A stretch of DNA of 64,000 bases from Ktedonobacterales bacterium (lineage in GTDB: Bacteria; Chloroflexota; Ktedonobacteria; Ktedonobacterales; DATBGS01). The stretch is from NCBI GenBank assembly GCA_046704085.1, contig JBJKSJ010000251.1, forward strand, positions 12,983 to 76,982, in the 5' to 3' direction. The position numbers were made by a program, and so were the translations under genes. Under the pieces are notes generated by a model. It was not told the DNA's origin, did no database searches, and saw only the letters and a list, made by a program, of their open reading frames with translations. Of the stretch, positions 19,872 through 28,292 are shown in pieces. The first letter of the stretch is position 1. Each line of letters begins with the position of its first letter.

Positions 19872-20614
19872 ATGAATATATTGCTGCTCAAGCTGCTGCT
19901 CACTCCAATGCTGATTGGAGTAGCCAGCCTGGCGGGTCGTCGATGGGGATCAGGGGGAAGTGGCTGGCTCATTGGCCTACCGCTCACATCCGGGCCGGTA
20001 GCCCTCTTTCTTGCCCTTGCCCAGAGAAATGCATTTGCGGCAACAACTGCTACTGGCATCCTGGCCGGAGTCTTTTCAGTAGCCTGCTTCTGCCTGGTCT
20101 ATAGCTAGCTCGCCTTTCTGTGTGGCTGGCCGCTCACTTTGTTTACCGGCTGGCTCGTATTTGCCGTTTCCACCTGGGGGCTGGAGCATGTAAGCATGCC
20201 GGTAATTCCCATCTATCTTGGGTCATCGCTGTGCTTGTGCTTGTCCTCTGGTTGTTGCCGGGCAACTCCCAGCAACCTATCAAGGCTGTATCCTCCTGGT
20301 GGGACATGCCAGCGCGGATGCTCTTTGCAACGGCCTTTGTGCTGGGGCTGACAGAACTCGTGCCCCACCAGGGACCGCAACTCAGTGGCTTGATAACTCC
20401 GTTCCACATCTTTACTACCATCCTGGCCGTCTTCACCCATCATTTTCAGGGGAGCGCAGCAGCCACCCCATTACTGCGCGGCGTTCTCCTGGGATTGTTT
20501 GCTTTCGCGTCGTTCTTTTTGATCATAGCGGTGCTGATTCAGCCTGCTCGACTGGCAGCAACGTTTCTCTGCGCCAGCATCGTGGCATTAGGGGGCAGGG
20601 ATTCTCACTCGTGA
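19872..20614 (+). pseudogene. Polytopic membrane protein of unknown function, interrupted
   Basis: MNILLLKLLLTPMLIGVASLAGRRWG... runs into an in-frame TAG at 20106-20108 and continues as LAFLCGWPLTLFTGWLVFAV. It then shifts frame near the GGG at 20218-20223 into VIAVLVLVLWLLPG...IVALGG. Confidence 0.5.
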
Positions 20615-20904
20615 TTCTTCAGCGCTCAGGCAAGCTTCAGACCAGTCACGTCGAGCCATGAAGAATCGTTGCGCCAGATTGCCGTGCTATCACACGTCCT
20701 ACGAAGCCGTGCGCCGGGTCATGCACGCTGCTCGCTAGGAACTGCTGGCGAATGAGGGTGTACCATCAGCCTCTGCTTTCTGAAGACATAGAGAAGTAAC
20801 CATGACTGCCACTCAAGCTGTGAAGTAGCCAGCCTCGGTATTACCGATACTAATGCTGAGTTTATGGCGTAAGTAGCAGCTCAGGAGGAAAGCGATGTTA
20901 TTCA

Positions 20905-21891
20905 TCAGGGAACGAGGATGAGCTTGCGGCGCGCTGATGCCGCCTGACGCTCCCATGCCTCGGCAGCATGCGCGAGCGGCACGGTTTCTCGCTCTACTGT
21001 GCAGCGGCCAGCAGCAGCGTGCGAGAGGACTTCTGCGAGGGCTTGTGCTTTCTGTTCGTGCGTCAGCGCATTGTTGGTGTAGCCGAGGATAGCATGCAGC
21101 CGGCTGCGAATGATGGCCGATTCAAAGCGCGCGCTGGGGCCGGCAGCCGAACCAAGATTGACCAACCTTCCCTGTGAGGCCAGCACACGGAGAGCCGCTT
21201 CTGCCGGAATGCCACAAAGAGGGTCGATAACAAGATTGAGAGGGCCATCGCAGGCAGCAGTGATGCGCTGGCTGATCTCGTTTGCGTCAGCGCCTGTGAG
21301 GTCAACGACAGCGTCGGCTCCCTGCGTAAGCGCCCGCACGCGAGCAGCTTCGTCCCGTGAGGCTGCGATAACTCGACGAGCGCCAAGCAACTTAGCAGCT
21401 TGCACGGCTACCTGCCCAACCGCGCCGCTCGCACCGAGGACCAGCACCTGCTCCCCATGCTGAAGACGCCCGCGCCAGGTAAGCGCCATCCACGCGGCAA
21501 TCGCAGAGAGTCCGAGCGCTGCGGCCAGGTCATCCTCAATCTGGTCTGGGAGTGCGAGCGCTGCCGACTCCTTAATGACACAATACTGCGCCATGCTGCC
21601 GTCCCCAGGCTTCATGCCGGCGTCGCACGAGAACCACACCCTCTGACCGCGCGCGAGCGTCTCCGATTCCATTATGGAGCCAATGCCCTGCACGCCGGGA
21701 ATGTATGGAAGCGGTGGCGCGCCGAAGTAGGATGTGCCAGACGCGCACAGCAAATCTAACGGACTGATGGGGGCCGCTGTGACCCGTACCAAGGCTTGTC
21801 CCGGCTTGCGCTGAGGCATGGGTCTGGTACCATATTCGGGTGGAGCAGCGTGTTTGCGGATGACTGCCGCTGGCATCTCTTCGCTGGTCAT
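20905..21891 (-). CDS. Zinc-type alcohol dehydrogenase superfamily, NADPH:quinone oxidoreductase-like (MDR)
   Basis: GSMAQYCV, Rossmann motif VLVLGASGAVGQVAVQAAKLLGA, typical QOR length (328 aa). Confidence 0.85.
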   Translation of the reverse strand: MTSEEMPAAVIRKHAAPPEYGTRPMPQRKPGQALVRVTAAPISPLDLLCASGTSYFGAPPLPYIPGVQGIGSIMESETLARGQRVWFSCDAGMKPGDGSMAQYCVIKESAALALPDQIEDDLAAALGLSAIAAWMALTWRGRLQHGEQVLVLGASGAVGQVAVQAAKLLGARRVIAASRDEAARVRALTQGADAVVDLTGADANEISQRITAACDGPLNLVIDPLCGIPAEAALRVLASQGRLVNLGSAAGPSARFESAIIRSRLHAILGYTNNALTHEQKAQALAEVLSHAAAGRCTVERETVPLAHAAEAWERQAASARRKLILVP

Positions 21892-21996
21892 AACGTCCTC
21901 CCTTCAGTAGTCAGTATCGCTGCGCGCGTCTGTCATATGGTCAGTATCAAGCGCAACTTATGAACCCTGATGCTCCTGCTTCTGCGTTGCTTTGCG

Positions 21997-23439
21997 TTAT
22001 CGGCCTGTGTACTGGTACGGGTTGTCAATCACATCAACCTTCGCCTGCTCAAGAATCATTCCCTCGGTCCAGGCTTTCTCGCCCATTTTGGAGCGAGCGT
22101 ATTCAACTGTCTTCCCAACGGCTTCCTTAGCCCTGGCAAGATCAATACCGAGCAGGTGGTGATCGTATTTGACGACCTTGCCATCCACCATTACGGTATG
22201 GACGTCTCCGCGCCCAGCCTGGAAGACCACGTGCCCGTAAGGGTGAATGATCGGGAACATCGCCGGCGAATCGTCATTCTTAATCAGGACGAGATCGGCC
22301 TTCTTACCAGGAGTGATGCTGCCGATGAGGCTGTCCATCCCCAGCGCTTGAGCGCCGCCCATCGTTGCCCAGCCCACGACCTGCTCAGCGCGCAGGTGGT
22401 TGGTCATCACGGTTTCGTTGCGCTCGTGCGCTTCCCAGTGTTCGCGGGCGCGGTCCGCGTTGAGGGTGGCGCGCATTGCAGAGAACAGGTCCGAGCTCCA
22501 CCAGACGCTGGTGTCCATCGACAGGGAAACGGGGATGCCGTGCCGCCTGAGCGTCCACGTCGGCGAATAGCCCTGACCAGCACTGTCCTCGCTCTCGGTG
22601 GATATGGATGCGTAGCCGCCTGTAGCCGCGATGCGCTGATAGGAATCCCCAGAAAGCGTTGCCACATGGACGTAGATGTTTTTGGGGGTCATGAAGCCAT
22701 GTTCGTGCATTAAGCGGATGCCGTTATCGTTGGTAGCGCCCCAGACCCCGGCATGAGTGGTCACCGCCAGGTCGAAGTCGCGCGCTGCCTCGAACGCGCC
22801 CTTTTCGGGGAAGCTCGGATCGCCAAGCACATCGAACGCGATTTGCATGCGCAGCAGATCGCTCTTCCCATCAATACGCCGCTTGATGAAGTCGGCAAAC
22901 TCAGGGGTTCTGCTCCACTCCCAGGGCGCGCCAAGCAGGTTGCCATACGCGAGGACGAACCGACCTGGAACCGCCTCAAGCGCGTCAACCGCCGCGTCCG
23001 CATATTCCACCGTTTGTAAGCCATGCGACCAGTCAACGCTTGTGGTGACGCCAGCGTCTACCGCCTCAATGGCGCTGAGGAGATTCCCTGCATAGACATC
23101 TTCTGCGCGGAAATACTTGCCCCAGTTGAGGTAGTAGAACTGGAAGTAGTTCGTGAGCGTCCAATCAGCGCCGTACCCGCGCAGGGCCGTTTGCCACATA
23201 TGGCGGTGCGTGTCAACCATGCCTGGCATCAAGATGCCGTCGGACCCGTCAATCTCCACCGTGCCCTCCGGCACGACAAGCTGGTGCCCGACAGCTTCAA
23301 TGCGCTTATCGACGGCGAGGACATCGCCGCGCTCGATGACCCCCAGAGTTGGGTCAATCGTCAGCACGGTGGCGTTGCGAAACACTACAGGACGGCCTGG
23401 GAGGAAGGGATTACCGTTTGCTGCTGAAACCTGGCTCAT
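21997..23439 (-). CDS. Amidohydrolase family metal-dependent hydrolase/deaminase (Amidohydro_1, AtzA/TrzA/deaminase-like)
   Basis: Metal-binding site PGMVDTHRHMWQT, later HA/HV histidines, and C-terminal GSITPGKKADLVLI typical of the family. RBS GAGGTGAGCAGAATG supports the start at 23439. Confidence 0.85.
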   Translation of the reverse strand: MSQVSAANGNPFLPGRPVVFRNATVLTIDPTLGVIERGDVLAVDKRIEAVGHQLVVPEGTVEIDGSDGILMPGMVDTHRHMWQTALRGYGADWTLTNYFQFYYLNWGKYFRAEDVYAGNLLSAIEAVDAGVTTSVDWSHGLQTVEYADAAVDALEAVPGRFVLAYGNLLGAPWEWSRTPEFADFIKRRIDGKSDLLRMQIAFDVLGDPSFPEKGAFEAARDFDLAVTTHAGVWGATNDNGIRLMHEHGFMTPKNIYVHVATLSGDSYQRIAATGGYASISTESEDSAGQGYSPTWTLRRHGIPVSLSMDTSVWWSSDLFSAMRATLNADRAREHWEAHERNETVMTNHLRAEQVVGWATMGGAQALGMDSLIGSITPGKKADLVLIKNDDSPAMFPIIHPYGHVVFQAGRGDVHTVMVDGKVVKYDHHLLGIDLARAKEAVGKTVEYARSKMGEKAWTEGMILEQAKVDVIDNPYQYTGR

Positions 23440-23584
23440 TCTGCTCACCTCATTGTGTTCTGGCCGCAGAACGCGAAGCTGGCCGCGTGACATCCACGAG
23501 ATACCGTTTGCCTGGCGTCTCTGCCCACGTCCTGGTAGCCGTGTTGCAAGACCTGTTTTCAGGGGCTTAGCTAGTGGTCAACGT

Positions 23585-23609
23585 TGTCCGTATGGCGGAC
23601 AGGCGTCCG
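23585..23609 (-). promoter_or_regulatory. Candidate IclR operator (three half-sites)
   Basis: On the minus strand it reads CGGACG-CC-TGTCCG-CCATA-CGGACA and begins 8 nt after the -10 element. Same architecture as 24722-24746. Confidence 0.55.
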
Positions 23610-23617
23610 CTGCAAAA

Positions 23618-23646
23618 ATATTACCCGATTCGCACATCTGTGTCAA
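23618..23646 (-). promoter_or_regulatory. Sigma-70-like promoter for the amidohydrolase transcript
   Basis: Minus strand TTGACA (23646-23641), 17-nt spacer, TAATAT (23623-23618). Confidence 0.55.
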
Positions 23647-23653
23647 GTATCGC

Positions 23654-23672
23654 GATGCAACTACATTGCATC
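23654..23672. promoter_or_regulatory. Perfect 7-5-7 palindrome in the divergent intergenic region
   Basis: GATGCAA-CTACA-TTGCATC, directly next to the -35 of the minus-strand promoter. Confidence 0.35.
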
Positions 23673-23833
23673 ACTTTGGCGACATGCCAGACGCCATCAG
23701 CAACCAGCAGGAATGTGGGTTAGCATGGACAGCGAGACATACTTTCTGCTACGATAAGCGTGAAGAAAACTACCGCCTGTCGAGCTTCCTTGCAGCGTAG
23801 GTCAGATAAATTTGGTGTGCCAGAGGAGAAAGA

Positions 23834-24670
23834 ATGCGTGGTGAAACAGGACCAGACTTCATCGAAGCGCTCGCTCGTGGCCTGGATGTCATCCGAGCGT
23901 TTGGACCCACCCGACCAACGATGAGTCTGAGCGAGGTGGCTGCTGCTACCGGGCTGGCTCGACCGACGGCCCGCAGGATGCTGCTGACGCTTGAGGAGTT
24001 GGGGTATGGGCGCAGTGGACACGGCGAGTTTGTGCTCACCCCGCGCGTGCTGGAGCTTGGCATGGCCTACATCGGAGCGACCAATCTATGGGACATCGCC
24101 CGCCCACATATGGAACAACTGGTAGGATATACAGGTGAGTCGTCATCACTCGCGCAGCTTGATGGCTCAGACATCGTCTATGTCGCTCGCGTGGCAGTGC
24201 CGAAGATCATCACTATCGCGGTAACCATTGGGACACGTTTTCCGGCCCTTCAGACCTCGCTTGGGAAAGTCTTGCTTGCCGCGCTGTCGCCAGATGAGCT
24301 AGAACGGACGCTCGTTGAGCCAAGCCGCTCTGGCATTACACCGCTCTGGAAGCCGGATAAGGAGGAGCGTGACCAAGTACTCTGCGAGGTGCGCGAAAAG
24401 AGCTGGTCGCTTACTGATGAACACCTGGCCCCCGGCATTCGCTCCATCGCTGCGCCCGTGCGCGACGGCACGAATCAGGTGGTTGCCGCGCTCAATGTCT
24501 CTGTTCATGCAGCCGAGACCAGCATCGAAATTCTTACTCAGAAGTATCTGCCAGTGCTGTTGCAGACTGCTGCTGCCATCAGCGCCGATTGGGGGCAGTG
24601 GCAAAGCCGTCCAGAGATAACGCTTGACAGCAGGCCATCGAGCATCATTACGCAAAGATCGCCTGCTTGA
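23834..24670 (+). CDS. IclR family transcriptional regulator (PcaR/PcaU-like)
   Basis: FIEALARGLDVIRAFGPTRPTMSLSEVAAATGLARPTARRMLLTLEELGY winged HTH, followed by an IclR effector domain (SLAQLDGSDIVYVAR, IRSIAAPV). Confidence 0.9.
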   Translation: MRGETGPDFIEALARGLDVIRAFGPTRPTMSLSEVAAATGLARPTARRMLLTLEELGYGRSGHGEFVLTPRVLELGMAYIGATNLWDIARPHMEQLVGYTGESSSLAQLDGSDIVYVARVAVPKIITIAVTIGTRFPALQTSLGKVLLAALSPDELERTLVEPSRSGITPLWKPDKEERDQVLCEVREKSWSLTDEHLAPGIRSIAAPVRDGTNQVVAALNVSVHAAETSIEILTQKYLPVLLQTAAAISADWGQWQSRPEITLDSRPSSIITQRSPA

Positions 24671-24684
24671 TAACCTTGCGTCTC

Positions 24685-24713
24685 TTGACATCCTCTCTGA
24701 TGTTATCTATACT
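24685..24713 (+). promoter_or_regulatory. Sigma-70-like promoter of the CoA-transferase/LigAB operon
   Basis: TTGACA (24685-24690), 17-nt spacer, TATACT (24708-24713). Confidence 0.6.
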
Positions 24714-24721
24714 TGATTTCA

Positions 24722-24746
24722 CGGACAGGTGTCCGTTGTGCGGACA
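24722..24746 (+). promoter_or_regulatory. Candidate IclR operator (three half-sites)
   Basis: CGGACA-GG-TGTCCG-TTGTG-CGGACA, starting 8 nt after the -10 element. Confidence 0.55.
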
Positions 24747-24841
24747 AACCTCACGACGCGCTGGCGATTGGCTACCACGCGCCATGCACAATTGCCATTC
24801 GTGCCAACCGCTCACCAGGATTTACCGGAGGCGTGAACCTC

Positions 24842-26074
24842 ATGCCGGAGCAGGATAACGCGCAGCAGAACCAGAGTGCCGACATTCGGCCAGCCCCGCT
24901 TGATGGTCTGCTGATTGCCGACTTCTCGCGGGTACTTGCCGGTCCGTACTGCACCATGCTGCTGAGTGACCTTGGTGCAACGGTGATTAAAGTCGAAAGC
25001 CCCGCTGGGGACGAGACTCGAACCTGGTTGCCACCAGACCGCAATGGGGTAGCGACCTATTACCTGGCTATCAACCGCAACAAGCGCTCCATTGTCCTCG
25101 ATTTCCAAAACCCCACCGACCAGCAACTGGCGCAGGAACTTGCGGCCAGGGCCGACATCCTTATTGAAAACTTCAAGCCCGGCGGACTTAAGCGCTTTGG
25201 CCTGGACTATGATACCGTCCGGCAGCGGAACGCCGGGATCATCTACGCATCCATCAGTGGTTTCGGGACGGCGCAGGGGGCATCGCTCCCCGGTTATGAC
25301 CTCATCGTGCAGGCGGTGTCTGGATTGATGAGTATGACGGGTGCGCCTGATGGCCCGGCCTATCGCTCCGGCATCGCGGTCTTTGATGTGATGGCCGGGC
25401 TGCACTCAGCCATCGGCATTCTGGCTGCCCTCAACCACCGCAGCCGTACCGGTGAAGGCCAGCATATCGAAGTGAGTTTGCTCGCTTCGGCGCTTTCGGG
25501 ACTGGTCAACCATACGATGGCTTATGTGGCTGGCGGCGTTGTTCCGCACCGCATGGGCAACGCGCACCCAAGCCTCTTCCCCTACGAGCCGCTGCCTACA
25601 GGGGACCAGGAGTTGGTGATCGCTGTTGGCAACAATGGGCAGTTCATCAAGCTGTGTGAAACCCTCGACTGTTCTGAACTGGCGCAAGACCCGCGATTTG
25701 CCAACACCGAGGACCGCACCCACAACCGCGAAGCGCTGCGCCCGCTGCTGGTTGAGCGGCTGCGCGCCAGAACGGCAAGCGAATGGTTCCATCTGTTAAA
25801 CGCCGCTGGCGTGCCATGTGGCCCGATCAACAACATTGGAGAGGGCGTCAGGCTTGCCCAGGAACTGGGGCTGAACCCCATCGTCGAGGTTGGCTCCGGT
25901 GATGACGCGGTGCCCATGATTCGACATCCGATCTCATTCTCGCTGACGCCTCCGCGCCACACACTGCCGCCGCCAGCACTTGGGCAGGACAGCGAGCAGA
26001 TTCGCGCCTGGCTCAGCCAGCCAGCACGCGGCAACCCGGGGGAACTCAAACCGGCCAGCGCATCCGCAGAATAA
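24842..26074 (+). CDS. Family III CoA-transferase (CaiB/BaiF/Frc family)
   Basis: LDGLLIADFSRVLAGPYCTMLLSDLGATVIKVE, catalytic Asp region GYDLIVQAVSGLMSMTG, NAHPSLFPY. GGAGG RBS before the ATG at 24842. The upstream extension to 24713 overlaps the promoter and operator. Confidence 0.9.
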   Translation: MPEQDNAQQNQSADIRPAPLDGLLIADFSRVLAGPYCTMLLSDLGATVIKVESPAGDETRTWLPPDRNGVATYYLAINRNKRSIVLDFQNPTDQQLAQELAARADILIENFKPGGLKRFGLDYDTVRQRNAGIIYASISGFGTAQGASLPGYDLIVQAVSGLMSMTGAPDGPAYRSGIAVFDVMAGLHSAIGILAALNHRSRTGEGQHIEVSLLASALSGLVNHTMAYVAGGVVPHRMGNAHPSLFPYEPLPTGDQELVIAVGNNGQFIKLCETLDCSELAQDPRFANTEDRTHNREALRPLLVERLRARTASEWFHLLNAAGVPCGPINNIGEGVRLAQELGLNPIVEVGSGDDAVPMIRHPISFSLTPPRHTLPPPALGQDSEQIRAWLSQPARGNPGELKPASASAE

Positions 26075-26124
26075 ACTGCCACAACTGGCTTACGATATAT
26101 CCATCACCAGGAAGGAGTGGGGCT

Positions 26125-26955
26125 ATGGGAGCCGCTGAGCAAGGGGGACAGGCGAAATATCCCACTGGGATTGGAACGTCTGATGTCAACAGTATTCACC
26201 TGCTTGGTCATGATCTCGCGGGCGAGTTGATTGGCAACATCAGCTTTGGCGAACTGGCGCTCTGGCTCGCCACGCAGCAGCGACCTACCCCGCAGCAGGT
26301 GCGCGTCTTCGAGGCGGTGCTTGTCTCGCTGGCCGATCACGGCTTTACGCCCACTGCCATTGCGGCCCGTCTGACTCTGTACAGCGCTCCAGATGCGCTC
26401 CAGGGCGCGATAGCAGCGGGTCTCCTGGGTGGCGGCTCGCGGTTCCTCGGCGTCACAGAAGATACAGGACGATTCCTTGCTCGCGTGCTGGCAACCGTCA
26501 AAGGCAACCTTCCAACAACCGATGAGCAGTGGGACGCTCTGGCTCGCAAAGCAGTTTCTGAGCAGCGTGCCGCTGGTCGCTTTGTCCCAGGCTTGGGCCA
26601 CCCGGTCCATAAAAATGGCGACCCTCGTACCCCTGTCATCATAGCCATTGCCGCGCAGGAGGGCCTGCGCGGGCCGCATCTGCGCCTGTTCGAGGCCATT
26701 GGTCGCGTGCATGCCGAGATACTTGGCCGCAAACTTCCGCTCAATGGCGCTGGCGTGGGTGGCGCGGCGCTCGCCGACATCGGCTTGCCGCCTGAACTGC
26801 TGCGCGGCGTGGCCTTGCTTGCTCGCGCAGCGGGGCTGCTTGGGCACATTGCCGAAGAAATGCGTAACCCCATCGCGCCCGCTATTTATGCTTCGGTTGA
26901 CCGGAACGCTGTCTATCAGCCAGGGAGCAGCGCCGACGACACAGAACAGCGCTAG
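26125..26955 (+). CDS. Citrate synthase-fold protein, short citryl-CoA lyase-like type
   Basis: 276 aa. VLVSLADHGFTPTA, VPGLGHPVHKNGDPR (catalytic His motif of the citrate synthase family), LPLNGAGV, ARAAGLLGHIAEE. It lacks the N-terminal region of full-length citrate synthases. Confidence 0.8.
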   Translation: MGAAEQGGQAKYPTGIGTSDVNSIHLLGHDLAGELIGNISFGELALWLATQQRPTPQQVRVFEAVLVSLADHGFTPTAIAARLTLYSAPDALQGAIAAGLLGGGSRFLGVTEDTGRFLARVLATVKGNLPTTDEQWDALARKAVSEQRAAGRFVPGLGHPVHKNGDPRTPVIIAIAAQEGLRGPHLRLFEAIGRVHAEILGRKLPLNGAGVGGAALADIGLPPELLRGVALLARAAGLLGHIAEEMRNPIAPAIYASVDRNAVYQPGSSADDTEQR

Positions 26956-27008
26956 CCCAACTCGCCTGGACCTGCCACGCGCGCAGGTCGCACCCAAAGG
27001 AGGAAGTT

Positions 27009-27869
27009 ATGGCAAAAATCGTCGCTGTCCTCGCCACCACGCACCATCCATTCTTCTACCGCGCCAGCACCTCGCCGCCTGAGAGCCGGCCCGACTTTGC
27101 GGATGAGTGGGTGCGCAAGGTGCTGGCCTACCGCGAGACGCTGACCCGCGCCAAACCGGACGTCCTGGTGATGGTTGGTTCTGACCACTTCCACCAGTTG
27201 TTCTACGATAACATGCCGCAGTTCCTCATCGGAAAGGCCCCTTTCTACGAGGGGAACTACTACAATGAGGAGCGCGAGTTTGGACTGCCCCGCATGTTCC
27301 TCAAGGGGCACGAAGAACTCTCGGCGTATCTGCTGCGCGCCGGGCTAGATGCCGGTTTCGATCTCGCCTTCAGCAATGAACTGCGAGTAGATCACAGCAT
27401 TACTTGCCCCATTATTACGACCCGCCCGCAAGCGGACCTGCCCATCGTGCCTATCTACACGAATATCTTTGCGCCGCCTCTGCCGCAGCCCTGGCGATAC
27501 GTCCAGTTGGGCCGCACCCTGCGCAAGTTGCTCGAAGACTGGCCGAGCGATCAGCGTGTCGCTGTCATTGGTACGGGCCACCTGTCTCTCGAACTAGGCG
27601 GGCCGCGTCAGTTTGGCCCGCATGGGCCTGACCCGGACTTTGACCGCAAAGCCGTCGAATGGATTGCCAATGGCGACATCGAGGGCGCGTTACGCGACGT
27701 CTCGCTTGACAGCCTCTGGGAGCCGGGCAATGCCACGCATGGCTTCCTCGACTTCATGCTGATGATGGGCGTCGCCGGAGAAGTGAAGGCCGATTACGCT
27801 GATACCCTCGATTTGTTTCACACGATGGAAGCCTACTTTACCTGGTATCCGAATGGGGTGGAAGCATGA
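27009..27869 (+). CDS. Class III extradiol ring-cleavage dioxygenase, catalytic LigB-type subunit
   Basis: TTHHPFF (metal His), VMVGSDHFHQLF, VDHSITCPI, VIGTGHLSLELGG. AAAGGAGG RBS. Confidence 0.85.
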   Translation: MAKIVAVLATTHHPFFYRASTSPPESRPDFADEWVRKVLAYRETLTRAKPDVLVMVGSDHFHQLFYDNMPQFLIGKAPFYEGNYYNEEREFGLPRMFLKGHEELSAYLLRAGLDAGFDLAFSNELRVDHSITCPIITTRPQADLPIVPIYTNIFAPPLPQPWRYVQLGRTLRKLLEDWPSDQRVAVIGTGHLSLELGGPRQFGPHGPDPDFDRKAVEWIANGDIEGALRDVSLDSLWEPGNATHGFLDFMLMMGVAGEVKADYADTLDLFHTMEAYFTWYPNGVEA

Positions 27870-28228
27870 GCAAATATCTTCTTAATAAGTTTCTCTTCAC
27901 TATTGACCGTGACCCCGAACTGGTTGAGCGCTACCGCGTAGACCCACGTGGAACCGTTACCTGGTGGGAAAATGAGCGGGCTAACATCATCTTGAACCTG
28001 CCGGAAGCTGAATGCTGCACCTGGCAGAAGTTCACCGACGAAGAGCGCGAGGCGCTGGCAACACATAACTATGTCAAGCTCTTTGAGCTTGGCGCGCATA
28101 ATTTCCTGACGCTCACGCTCTTTATTGCCCTGTTCGAGCGAGATTATGAGGAACCGCTGGCTTTTCAGCGCGAATATGGGCGCAATCTTCAGCACTGGAA
28201 AGTGCCCTACCCGGACATCATCACATAA
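27866..28228 (+). CDS. LigA-like small subunit of the extradiol dioxygenase
   Basis: 120 aa. MSKYLLNKFLFTIDRDPELVERYRVDP...FTDEEREAL...YVKLFELGAHNFLTLTL matches the all-helical LigA pattern. Start overlaps the ligB-type stop (ATGA). Confidence 0.65.
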   Translation: MSKYLLNKFLFTIDRDPELVERYRVDPRGTVTWWENERANIILNLPEAECCTWQKFTDEEREALATHNYVKLFELGAHNFLTLTLFIALFERDYEEPLAFQREYGRNLQHWKVPYPDIIT

Positions 28229-28292
28229 CGAAGGTCGGGAACCAAGACATCTGGAAGGCTGTGTGGCAACGCTGTGATAAAGGGGAAATACT

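Noticed and set aside
24713-24841. Upstream extension of the CoA-transferase ORF (listed start 24713)
   Set aside because: The extension would start inside the -10 box and read through the operator palindromes. The family-conserved N-terminus begins after the ATG at 24842, which has a GGAGG RBS.
26104-26997. 297-aa minus-strand ORF covering the whole citryl-CoA-lyase-like gene
   Set aside because: It is antisense to a gene with clear family motifs. The product is Arg/Ala/Gly-rich with no motifs, which is typical of a spurious antisense ORF in GC-rich DNA.
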